A stretch of 64,000 bases of DNA, from the NCBI GenBank assembly GCA_019057815.1, contig JAHLWR010000008.1, positions 64,001 to 128,000 of the forward strand, in the 5' to 3' direction. Shown piece after piece: positions 29,821 through 38,985 of the stretch. The notes under the pieces were generated by a model that had not been told where the DNA came from, made no database searches, and was given only the letters and a program-made list of their open reading frames with translations. Numbering within the stretch: position 1 is the first letter of the stretch; the number at the start of each line of letters is the position of its first letter. Source of the DNA: Candidatus Heimdallarchaeota archaeon. GTDB lineage: Archaea > Asgardarchaeota > Heimdallarchaeia > Heimdallarchaeales > Heimdallarchaeaceae. A program made the translations under genes and the position numbers.

Positions 29821-29840
29821 TTTTGGGTTATAACCCAAAA
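29821..29840. promoter_or_regulatory. Perfect 20-bp palindrome TTTTGGGTTATAACCCAAAA
   Basis: Direct observation, between feoA and the regulator. Confidence 0.55.
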
Positions 29841-29946
29841 GAATTTAAAATGTAGCTGGATTTATAGATAACGAAGTACAAAAGTAATAAGCTAACTATA
29901 AAAACAAGTAATTCAATATTTATATGTTTAACTCTGGCGAACTCAT

Positions 29947-30399
29947 ATGACGACAGTTAGAATAGAAGAATACATCGAAATAATTTATATTATTTGTTCA
30001 GGAAAAAAAATTGCGAAAATTAGTGACATAAAGAATAAAATGAGACTAAATAGCCTTGCTACAGTAACAGAAATGGTTCAAAAACTGGATGATGAAAAGC
30101 TAGTCAAGTATGAGAAGTATAGGGGAGTTACTTTAACTAGAAGGGGATTTAAACTAGGAAAACAACTTATAGAAACGCACAAATCTATTGAAGAGCTTTT
30201 TAAAATTATTAATATTAGAAGTTCAATTGCATCAAATGATGCTTGTTTGGTTGAACATATAATTTCTAAGGAAACAGCAAAAGCGATAAAAAAATTCGTA
30301 GAATTTGCTCAGAAAGAGGAGAATAAAGATATTTTAGAAAGGTTAGATGATTACTATTCAAAATCAAGCAAAAAGAGAAAAAGAGAAAATACAAGGTAA
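29947..30399 (+). CDS. DtxR/MntR family metal-dependent repressor
   Basis: EEYIE.IY, TVTEMVQKL, YEKYRGVTLT, H...E, DACLVEH. Confidence 0.92.
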   Translation: MTTVRIEEYIEIIYIICSGKKIAKISDIKNKMRLNSLATVTEMVQKLDDEKLVKYEKYRGVTLTRRGFKLGKQLIETHKSIEELFKIINIRSSIASNDACLVEHIISKETAKAIKKFVEFAQKEENKDILERLDDYYSKSSKKRKRENTR

Positions 30400-30480
30400 A
30401 AATACTTTTACCCAAATGAATTTGCTCTTTTGATCATTTCTTCTTGTTTGTTTATACAATGAATCAAAAAACAGAGAAAA

Positions 30481-31149
30481 ATGTTTTATAAGAAAATTGA
30501 TTTAATTGTTATTATGAGTATTAAAGATCTATATCGGCTTAATAGGAAAGACGTTTTACGAGCTGCAAATGTGCATGCAAGAGCGTTCCATAATGATCCC
30601 TTAGTTTGTCTTATGTATCCTAATGATGAAGAAAGAAAAAAACTATCTCCTTATCTTTGGAAATTTCTCATACTCGATGGTCTAAGATATGGTGAAGTTT
30701 ATGCACCCACTAGCAAATTGGAAGGAGTTGCTAAATGGTTACCGCCTAAAAGAGAACACATTGGAATTTGGCGTGCTATTAGAAGTGGAGCTCTTACCAT
30801 GGTAATAAAAACGGCTAAACAAAAAGATGAGAGGAGAATTTCAATAAGAAAAATAGAAGAAATAACAGATTACATTACAGATATCCACAAAAAACTTGTA
30901 TCTGAACCTCATTGGTATTTAGCATCTATTGGTGTAGATTCAGATAATCAAGGAAAGGGTTTTGGAAGTAAGCTAATGAAACCAATGTTAGAACGAATTG
31001 AGAGAGAGGGATATCTAGTATACCTAGAAACTAACCATGAAGGAAATATTGACCTGTACAAGCACCTTGGCTTTGAAGTAACTGATGAATGTTTAGTACC
31101 AGAAACAAATATGAAGAACTGGGCTATGATAAAGTACCCTAAGTCTTAA
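30481..31149 (+). CDS. GNAT acetyltransferase
   Basis: HWYLASIGV...QGKGFGSKL, YLET, LY..LGF. Confidence 0.92.
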   Translation: MFYKKIDLIVIMSIKDLYRLNRKDVLRAANVHARAFHNDPLVCLMYPNDEERKKLSPYLWKFLILDGLRYGEVYAPTSKLEGVAKWLPPKREHIGIWRAIRSGALTMVIKTAKQKDERRISIRKIEEITDYITDIHKKLVSEPHWYLASIGVDSDNQGKGFGSKLMKPMLERIEREGYLVYLETNHEGNIDLYKHLGFEVTDECLVPETNMKNWAMIKYPKS

Positions 31150-31197
31150 TATTCTGTTCATTCTATTTTAAACATTTTATCTTCTATTTTATTTTGT

Positions 31198-31734
31198 TTA
31201 ACTTGTCTTCTTAAAAATCAAAATTCTCTTCGATTCTTCAACAAACTCAAACTTACCATCTTTTGTAATTTCCTTAATTATTCTACCCTTAGATAGCCTT
31301 GATCTCTGTATTGAAATAATTCCTTCATCTTTTAAGATTCTATGCATCTCAGCAACTACTTTGTCAATAAATTTTACTAGTGAATGAATAACACCAAAGA
31401 AGAATACTAAATCAATACTATTATCTTCTAAAGCTGATTGGGTAACATCATCTAACAAGACTTTAACATTCTTGACTCCTGCATCTCTAATCTTCTGCTC
31501 GACTTTTTTTGCTGCAAAAGAATTAATATCAGTAGCGTAAACAAATCCTTCTTCCCCTACTATTCTAGCTGCGGGAAGAGTAAAGAAACCTGGACCACAA
31601 CCTACTTCTAAAACATGCTGTCCTGATTTCAATCCTGCTGGAATAAGCAGTTTATTTGGTTTCATGAAAATACCATACATTTTATCATGTATGAAGGAGA
31701 TAAAAGCAAATTCGATTCTATCATGTAAGGACAT
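31198..31734 (-). CDS. Class I SAM-dependent methyltransferase
   Basis: VLEVGCGPG, YATD, SIDLV, RILK..G. Confidence 0.9.
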   Translation of the reverse strand: MSLHDRIEFAFISFIHDKMYGIFMKPNKLLIPAGLKSGQHVLEVGCGPGFFTLPAARIVGEEGFVYATDINSFAAKKVEQKIRDAGVKNVKVLLDDVTQSALEDNSIDLVFFFGVIHSLVKFIDKVVAEMHRILKDEGIISIQRSRLSKGRIIKEITKDGKFEFVEESKRILIFKKTS

Positions 31735-32085
31735 ATTTTATCGAGATATTTTGTACATACATCAATAAAAATGCTCTTATTCGTTTTGAATCAATAAATT
31801 ACATATACTAATATTAAGATGAGAAATTGTAAATCCTTTTAGAAATCTGCAATAAACAAAGAAAAAAAGATACAGTTATCACTGATAGTATAGTGTGATA
31901 AATACACTAAATAATTTTATAGGATAAATATCTACGTTGTACTTATGCTCTTTTAGATATAAGGAGAAATAAATTGCAGATAGAAAAAGATTATCTGTAT
32001 AGTGCATTTACAGAAGATTGGTATATAGAACAGAAATTAATTAACTCAAGATATATTTTATAAACTACATACATTTTTCTAAATT

Positions 32086-32979
32086 ATGGATCAAAATACT
32101 AATGATATGGAAAAAAAACTCGATAAAAATTTCCTTAAGTTGACATTGTTTTTTATATTGGCTTTCATTATTTCGTGGTCAATTTGGTTGCCAAATGTTT
32201 TATCATCTCGAGGAATAATAGACATACCTGAATGGTATGGTATAGCAAGTAATTTAGCAGTATTTGGTCCATTTATATCTGCATTTATTATAGTATTAAG
32301 TTTCGAAGGGAAAAAGGGTGCAAAGAATTTATTAAAGAAAGGTTGGAAAGTAGGTTTTAATAAAAAATGGTTTATTCCATTATTATTGCTACCATTTATT
32401 ATTTCAGGTTTATCCTTTACCTTTGGAGTCTTAGTTACTGGAGACACTTGGTCAGCAGTTTATCAAGATTCCAGTTTTGCAAATTCTATGTTAACTATCC
32501 TAATCATGTTCTTTCTAGGAGGACCTTTAGGTGAAGAATTCGGATGGAGAGGATTTGCATTAACAAGGCTTCAGAAGAAATGGAATGCTGTAATTTCAAG
32601 CTTAGTGCTCGGTTTAATATGGGGATTATGGCATCTTCCTTTACATTTTATAACAGGTTCAATTCAGGAATATATTCCAATCTGGGCTGGTATTGCTATG
32701 ATAAGTGTGAGTTCTTTTATTTATACATGGTTCTACAATAATACAGGAGAGAGTGTCCTCATAGCTATGTTATATCATTGGTTAAGTAATGCTGCAGCAA
32801 TCTTAATACCTTACTGGCAAAAAGGAGATATATGGGGAGGATTTGACAATCTTCCAAATTATCTAATTCCGACAATTGGTATGCTCGTAGCTTTTGTTTT
32901 ATCCACAATCATAGTAGCAGTCATTGTAAAAATCTGGGGATCAACTAGCTTCCAAAAAAAGGAAATAACTGTATCTTGA
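32086..32979 (+). CDS. CPBP family intramembrane metalloprotease (CAAX protease type II)
   Basis: EEFGWRG, WGLWHLP, H...N. Confidence 0.93.
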   Translation: MDQNTNDMEKKLDKNFLKLTLFFILAFIISWSIWLPNVLSSRGIIDIPEWYGIASNLAVFGPFISAFIIVLSFEGKKGAKNLLKKGWKVGFNKKWFIPLLLLPFIISGLSFTFGVLVTGDTWSAVYQDSSFANSMLTILIMFFLGGPLGEEFGWRGFALTRLQKKWNAVISSLVLGLIWGLWHLPLHFITGSIQEYIPIWAGIAMISVSSFIYTWFYNNTGESVLIAMLYHWLSNAAAILIPYWQKGDIWGGFDNLPNYLIPTIGMLVAFVLSTIIVAVIVKIWGSTSFQKKEITVS

Positions 32980-33113
32980 TTTACTAAAAACAATTATTAT
33001 ATTCGCATCTTTGTGATTACTTGAATCTAGTTGAGAAAATTGTAAACATTTTTATAAATCCGCAAAAAATAATGAAAAAATATACAGTAATTGCTGAATA
33101 ATAGGTTATTCCT

Positions 33114-34208
33114 ATGATTAAACAACCAGAATCAAATTATGAAATCGAACAATTTACTTTAAAAAAGGAAAACTTCAGTAATTTATCAAAGTTAATTACT
33201 GGGGCATTCCTAAACGATTCAACAGCACTAGTGGAAGGAGCAAGTGTTGCATTCACTGAAGAGACATTTAATACAATTTTTGGTGCTCCATCAGTTGATA
33301 GAAAACTCTTCATTAGAGCAATATTCAAACCAACTAATCAAATTGTAGGATTTTTAGGTTCAATTCCTCGAGACTTGAAAATAGAAGGAAAAGTATACAA
33401 ATTTGCGATCCCTGCTTGGTTAAGTGTTCATTCAAAACACCAAAGAAAAGGAATAGCTAAATTAATGGGAAAGAAGCTTTTTGAAATCGGTAAAGCAGCT
33501 GGTTATGATGGAGGTTTTTCGCTTCATGAACCAGAACAACATGGTATAGATATTTCCAAAATTGTTGCACTAGAAGAAGACATACCTTTAGAAAGACTTG
33601 TAGCGCTTGATAAATTCATTGTTCGTGTTTTCGATGCTGAGAAAATAGCTTCTGTTGTGAAGATAAAATGGTACGAAAAACTATTATTCAAATTGCTTCA
33701 AAGCGTAAAGGGAGTGAATAATCCTAGAGTAAGAAAATACAACTCAGAAGATATTGACCATATGTTAGAAATAATAAAAGAACAGGTTGATAAAAACCAA
33801 ATAGCTATAGTACCTAACGCAGAAGATTTAGAATGGATTTTGGGAAACCCTAATGTTAACTGTGTAGTTCACGAAAATGAGGAAGGCAATGTAGATGGAT
33901 TTATTTTAGTTTGGGAATTTAACTTAGCAGGTTTTGGCAATAAAATCCCTTTTGGTTGGTTAGATATGATTCATATACATCGACTATCATTGAAGGAAGC
34001 AAGAGATTTATGTAAACTCATCTGTATCACTTCTAAACAAAAGGGTTGGGCAGGATTACAAACACCATATATTCCATACTTCGATTCCAAACCTTTTAAG
34101 AAAGCAAAATTCATTTTCTTCCCCAAAAAAATATCGATTGATATTTTCAATTTAAAGAACATTCCATTGCCTAAAAATGTTCAAGGTTTCTATTTTGACT
34201 GGAGGTAA
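33114..34208 (+). CDS. Tandem-GNAT acyltransferase resembling N-myristoyltransferase
   Basis: IVGFLGSIP..L.I, WLSVHSKHQRKGIA; second GNAT VRKYNSEDI..VHENEEGNVDGF. Confidence 0.6.
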   Translation: MIKQPESNYEIEQFTLKKENFSNLSKLITGAFLNDSTALVEGASVAFTEETFNTIFGAPSVDRKLFIRAIFKPTNQIVGFLGSIPRDLKIEGKVYKFAIPAWLSVHSKHQRKGIAKLMGKKLFEIGKAAGYDGGFSLHEPEQHGIDISKIVALEEDIPLERLVALDKFIVRVFDAEKIASVVKIKWYEKLLFKLLQSVKGVNNPRVRKYNSEDIDHMLEIIKEQVDKNQIAIVPNAEDLEWILGNPNVNCVVHENEEGNVDGFILVWEFNLAGFGNKIPFGWLDMIHIHRLSLKEARDLCKLICITSKQKGWAGLQTPYIPYFDSKPFKKAKFIFFPKKISIDIFNLKNIPLPKNVQGFYFDWR

Positions 34209-34266
34209 GAGAGAAAGCATTTTTAAACAGTCTAGTGTTTTCTTTAAAATTAACTGAGTATCTTTT

Positions 34267-35145
34267 TTATTTTATTTCTTCCCATTGCTCTAATATGTAA
34301 TAAACAAAACCTACAGCTAAGTCTAGAACGATTTTGTTTGATCTAGTAAATCTTGCTTCGACAATGTCAACATATTTCGCTTTTGGTAGGATTAGAGAGA
34401 GAATTTCAAGCACGAGTTGAGGTGTTAAGCCAAAAGGTTCTGATGTTGCTAAAGTAGGAACATAAGAATGATCTAAAACATCTAAATCTATACTAAGATA
34501 AATTCTTTCGAATTTGGAGATATACTCTTCTATGAATTTTAGTCCTTCTTTAGAATTTGTTAGTAGCTGTTGAGCTGACAGAAACATCACTTCTTTTGAT
34601 TGGATTTTTTCATATTCTCCTAATGTTTGAGTATACGCATGTCCTCCGATTAGTAACATTTGTTCACTTTTAAGATTTTTTTTTGCCTTTAAATTTGTAA
34701 AAACTGTCCCATGAGACTGAAAAACACCTTCTGGATATTCATCAGCTAAGTCAGCATGAGCATCTAACCAGATTACAGCTGTTTTATCGTCATAGTCAGC
34801 TTTTGAGAGAGTATCAAAGGTAATACTATGATCTCCTCCCAACACAATTAATTTAGCATCAAGTTCATAGATTTTTTCCCATATTTGGCCTATTTTTTTC
34901 TTTTCTTTTATTGGGTGAATATCACCTAGATCGAAATAATCAGATTCGCTTATAGATGCACCATAAACAGCAGAAACACCAGAAAACTCTTCAGATTGTC
35001 TTCTTATAGCTTTAGGTCCTTTCCTTGAACCGCCCTTTGTGGTTTTAACCCTTTCAAATGGAATACCATATAAGAAAACGACATTCTTTTTGTTACATTC
35101 ATCGAGATCGTTTAGAGTAAAGAATCCAGAAAAAGTTGGTTTCAT
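34267..35145 (-). CDS. Agmatinase/ureohydrolase family
   Basis: GP.AIR, GGDHS, DAHAD, SHGT, DLDVLD. Confidence 0.9.
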   Translation of the reverse strand: MKPTFSGFFTLNDLDECNKKNVVFLYGIPFERVKTTKGGSRKGPKAIRRQSEEFSGVSAVYGASISESDYFDLGDIHPIKEKKKIGQIWEKIYELDAKLIVLGGDHSITFDTLSKADYDDKTAVIWLDAHADLADEYPEGVFQSHGTVFTNLKAKKNLKSEQMLLIGGHAYTQTLGEYEKIQSKEVMFLSAQQLLTNSKEGLKFIEEYISKFERIYLSIDLDVLDHSYVPTLATSEPFGLTPQLVLEILSLILPKAKYVDIVEARFTRSNKIVLDLAVGFVYYILEQWEEIK

Positions 35146-35222
35146 TATCAGTTTCTCCTCATTTCTGTCAAAATATGTTCAGTTTCCCAAACAAATCAAT
35201 AAAATTGTTAAGAAGACAAGAA

Positions 35223-35831
35223 TCACTTCTTTACAATGTATTCAATATATCCATCAGTGTAATGTTTAGAACCATTGTTAACTGTAAATGTTCGCTTTTC
35301 TTTGAAGATTATCGTAGTATCTTTGAAATAACTATCTGGTTCGTTATCACTATAAATAGAATGTATGACATCTTCGTCTTCAATTTTCATCCAGAATTCT
35401 CCAGGATCTTTTTCTTCTCCCAGATCAGTTCTCCCCTCAATATTCAGGATAAAATTGATGTAAAGAAGTCCATCTTTCTTCAGAACTCTCAGCATTTCCT
35501 TAATAGCTTCTTCAGTATCTCTCTTAGTTAGGTGAATACTGGAATTATAAGTGAAAACGCACCCAAAAGATTCGTTTTGAAAGGGAAGATTTCTCATATC
35601 AGCTTTTTTAATGTCAAGTTCCATCTCGTAAACTTCTTCAAAACCTTTAGCTAACTTAATTTGTTCATCAGAAATATCAATGCCTGTCGCTTTAAAACCG
35701 TGCAAATAAAATAATGCTAATGGTGGTCTTTTTCCACCAGCTCCACAGTCTAATACAGTCTTTTCAACATTTTGTTCTTTAGCAATTTTAAGAAATTTAT
35801 ATAACGATGTGGGATATATTACAAAACTCAT
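35223..35831 (-). CDS. Class I SAM-dependent methyltransferase
   Basis: VLDCGAGG, GIDIS, ADMRNLPF, RVLKKDG. Confidence 0.9.
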   Translation of the reverse strand: MSFVIYPTSLYKFLKIAKEQNVEKTVLDCGAGGKRPPLALFYLHGFKATGIDISDEQIKLAKGFEEVYEMELDIKKADMRNLPFQNESFGCVFTYNSSIHLTKRDTEEAIKEMLRVLKKDGLLYINFILNIEGRTDLGEEKDPGEFWMKIEDEDVIHSIYSDNEPDSYFKDTTIIFKEKRTFTVNNGSKHYTDGYIEYIVKK

Positions 35832-35937
35832 CGTGAATGTGGTTGATATTTATACTAAAAAACATATCGAAATTGTCTTTAAAGAATGAAATTTATCGGA
35901 AAAAATCACAAAAAAAAATAGAATAGGTAATGTAATC

Positions 35938-36912
35938 TTAACTTTTTAGGCATTCATCCAGTTCTTTCTTTAATGAATCAGCTTCCATTATAATATTGAG
36001 AGTACGCATTACATCCATTATCATTTGAAAATCTTTGAAAGAGCTATCTTTTATTAACCTAGAGAGTTCATTATTACTTTCTTTTGCCATTTCTAGGAAT
36101 TTTTCTCCAGTATCATCTTCAATACGTCTCAGTAGCTTCCCTAAACATTTTACAGGAAGAGTTTTATTATGTGTTAAAGTAAAAACCTTAGAAATAATTT
36201 CTAATTGTTTTTTAGCCTCATCACAAGTCCACCAGCTTTTGTCCTCAATTTGTAGTAGAAATATTTTTGCTGCTCGACAGAATAGGGTTTCTGTTGCTGT
36301 TTTACCAAAAACCACACGTTGTCCAGCTTGAGCTATTAAACCTTGTTTAGTTAAATCTTTCAGATAACGGTAAATAGTCTTATCTGAACGCTTGTGCTTT
36401 TCAATTAAAAATGATTTAGCTTGTGTTTTTAGTTTAATATTATCCTCTTTACTAAAACTCTTCTTCTTCTTAACTTTCTCTTTTAAATCGGAAACAAAAC
36501 TTTGAAATTTAATCTGTTTTTCAAGAAATTTATACGCTTCTTCATCACTTTTAGAGATCTTTAATTCTTTCTTTTTTTCCTCAAGTTTAAATAGTTCTTT
36601 TGCAGTTAAACTAACTTTCCTTAAGATAGTAAGAATACTTTCTTCAGATGACTCTTTAAAAATATCTTTATCCAATTTTCTTTCAATTTCAGGTCCAACT
36701 ATCTTCTCTACTATTAGGTTGGCGTGCTCGGTTATTTCTTTGACAGTTAAAGGTCCAGATCTTAGAGCACTCAAAACTGAGTTATATCCTTTCTCTCTAA
36801 AAAGAGCTATTTTCTCTTTATCTGTTATTACTCGTACAGCTTCTTGCTCATATTCTACTAAGTCTTGATAACTCATCACTATTCCATCTCTACCTAATAA
36901 TATTATATTCAC
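35938..36912 (-). CDS. ArsR-like winged-helix regulator with long helical insertion
   Basis: LR.GPLTVKEI ... RSDKTIYRYLK.L...GLI..AG.R....TATE.L. Confidence 0.7.
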   Translation of the reverse strand: MNIILLGRDGIVMSYQDLVEYEQEAVRVITDKEKIALFREKGYNSVLSALRSGPLTVKEITEHANLIVEKIVGPEIERKLDKDIFKESSEESILTILRKVSLTAKELFKLEEKKKELKISKSDEEAYKFLEKQIKFQSFVSDLKEKVKKKKSFSKEDNIKLKTQAKSFLIEKHKRSDKTIYRYLKDLTKQGLIAQAGQRVVFGKTATETLFCRAAKIFLLQIEDKSWWTCDEAKKQLEIISKVFTLTHNKTLPVKCLGKLLRRIEDDTGEKFLEMAKESNNELSRLIKDSSFKDFQMIMDVMRTLNIIMEADSLKKELDECLKS

Positions 36913-37009
36913 AGAGCATTATAAATATTTCTATGGGACTAAGAGTTCTTTCGCAGTTACAAATATCTTTATATATGGATGAGAGAATGTATTCTCAACA
37001 CATGAGAAT

Positions 37010-37198
37010 GTGTTCATGAAGGTGTTGAAAAATGAAGAAAACAGTCAGCAAACAAAAAGAAAAAAGGATAAAAAAATATGGGTTGCAGGAATTAAGAACC
37101 CGTATAGAGACCAGAATGGCAGAATATCGGCTAATGAATTATTAACTAATACTAAAAAGGAGTTGGTAAAATATGTTAAAAATAGAATTAAAAAGTGA
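37010..37198 (+). CDS. Small basic hypothetical protein
   Basis: 62-aa ORF downstream of TTTATATA box, overlaps the next ORF. Confidence 0.45.
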   Translation: MFMKVLKNEENSQQTKRKKDKKIWVAGIKNPYRDQNGRISANELLTNTKKELVKYVKNRIKK

Positions 37199-37424
37199 AT
37201 TTATTAAAGCTTTCAAAAACTTACAGCAAATAAAAAATATTGAATTTACTGAGGAAGAAAGTATTAACAGATTGTTAACTCAAGTTGCTGAAACACTCGT
37301 TCATCAGAGTGTTGATCATGATTCCACCTTTGAATGCAGAAAGTACAAGAATTATTTACTTAAAACTCAAATCCAAAAAGAGAGAATCAAAGCTCTAGAA
37401 TTAGCAATCTTACATACAGGTTGA
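37173..37424 (+). CDS. Small hypothetical protein
   Basis: 83-aa ORF preceded by AGGAG. Confidence 0.55.
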   Translation: MLKIELKSEFIKAFKNLQQIKNIEFTEEESINRLLTQVAETLVHQSVDHDSTFECRKYKNYLLKTQIQKERIKALELAILHTG

Positions 37425-37576
37425 ATCGTTAAATAATTCTCTTCCTCTCTTTCTTTCTTATCTTAACTTATATTCTCTTTTTAGTTTTTTTTCAAATGTT
37501 TTAACCCAGAATTGTTCTTGTATCCTTACACTTTAGTACAAAATTCTGTTTGTATTTCTAGCAATGTTTTAAAATA

Positions 37577-38788
37577 GTGACAAGGCTTTCCAAATTAATA
37601 ATGAGCTCCACTACTAGATTTGGGATAGCTTTTGCATACCCTAGTGACGAAATATTCTTAGATTCAGCAACATACGGTAAAATGCCTGTTTCATCTATAG
37701 AAAAAATGACAGACACTTACACAAAGGGATTAGTTGCCACTAAAGCCATGTACCAAGAAGCTAGCAAAGCAAATGCGAAATTGGAGAGTTGTAGAAAAAC
37801 TCTTTCGACTATTTTCCATACTGAATCTTCGCAGATCTCATTTCTACCTTCAAAAGAATCTGCTATTATAAACCTTCTACACTCATTTAATTGGACTGAT
37901 AAAGGTAAAATTATCACTAGTGTATTAGAAGACCATTCTCTTTTAGCACCTTTAATAAATATCAACAACCTACATGGTAACGAAATTGACTATCTTAGCT
38001 TAAAAGATGAGGAAAATCTGCTGGATGCCCTCAGCGAGAAATTTACTTCCAATACAGATGTGGTTTTACTTTCTTCTTTGACTCCAACTATTGGAACAAA
38101 CAGAGAATGGGGAAAGATATCTAAAATCTGTAAAGAAAACGATGCAATTTTCATTCTAGATATTAGCAATTCAGTTGGTCATGAACATATTCTGTTGGAT
38201 AACGATTCCCCCGATATTGCTGTTGCAACGGGAATTTCAGGAGCGCTTGGTCCGCAAGGCATAGCTTTTCAGATTTTGTCAAAAGAAATCAACGAGCAAG
38301 TAGACCCAATTTTGGTAGGCGGAACATCCGTTTTAGCATTAGAGGAAACGATGTATCACTTGAGTTCAAATGCACAGAAATACGAAGCAGGAATCATCAA
38401 TTTAGCGGGTATCATAGGACTTACAAACAGTTTAGAAATACTCTCAGATTTTGGATTTAACAAGATTGAAAAGCATGAAAAGAGACTTCATACTATTATA
38501 AGAGAAAAACTCAGAGATTTACCCAATGTTGATTTATATGAAATAGAACAAACTGATTTCAAAACAATAACAACTTTTGGAAGTAGGGAGGTAAATGCCC
38601 ATGATATCGCTCTTGCTATGGAAGATAAAAAAGGAATTAGAGTTCTAAGTGGAGCACTGTGCGCCCACCTCTTCATATATGATCTGCCTTATAATTCTGT
38701 GATACGATTATCAACTCATCTATACAATACAGAAGAAGAAGTTAAAGTATTTCTGGAAACGTTTGAGGAATTAATGAATCAACTTTAA
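37577..38788 (+). CDS. SufS-like class V aminotransferase-fold protein lacking the PLP lysine
   Basis: FLDSAT, LEDHS, LDISNSVGH, YEAG..N, SGALCAH, RLS.HLYNT; SGHK position reads TGIS. Confidence 0.8.
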   Translation: MTRLSKLIMSSTTRFGIAFAYPSDEIFLDSATYGKMPVSSIEKMTDTYTKGLVATKAMYQEASKANAKLESCRKTLSTIFHTESSQISFLPSKESAIINLLHSFNWTDKGKIITSVLEDHSLLAPLININNLHGNEIDYLSLKDEENLLDALSEKFTSNTDVVLLSSLTPTIGTNREWGKISKICKENDAIFILDISNSVGHEHILLDNDSPDIAVATGISGALGPQGIAFQILSKEINEQVDPILVGGTSVLALEETMYHLSSNAQKYEAGIINLAGIIGLTNSLEILSDFGFNKIEKHEKRLHTIIREKLRDLPNVDLYEIEQTDFKTITTFGSREVNAHDIALAMEDKKGIRVLSGALCAHLFIYDLPYNSVIRLSTHLYNTEEEVKVFLETFEELMNQL

Positions 38789-38892
38789 TATGTTAATATT
38801 CGTCTAAATTCCTTCGATTGGTCAAAAAAGAGAGAATTTATAAGTATTAGATATTTTTAATGGAATAGCATAAAATTGAGGTGTTTGTTTAC

Positions 38893-38961
38893 ATGAGAAT
38901 CAATTCTGTGAAAGAAATTTTTGTTATAGATGAAAGTAAACAAGCGCGGAAGAGTGTCTAA
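38893..38961 (+). CDS. Candidate 22-aa small protein MRINSVKEIFVIDESKQARKSV
   Basis: GAGGTG 9 nt before the ATG; TTTATAAG box at about 38838. Confidence 0.4.
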   Translation: MRINSVKEIFVIDESKQARKSV

Positions 38962-38985
38962 TTCTAAGAACTCACTTCATTCTGT

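Noticed and set aside
31876-31901. Inverted repeat TTATCAC-N12-GTGATAA resembling the Thermococcales TGM motif
   Set aside because: Spacer length differs, single occurrence, plausible by chance in AT-rich DNA
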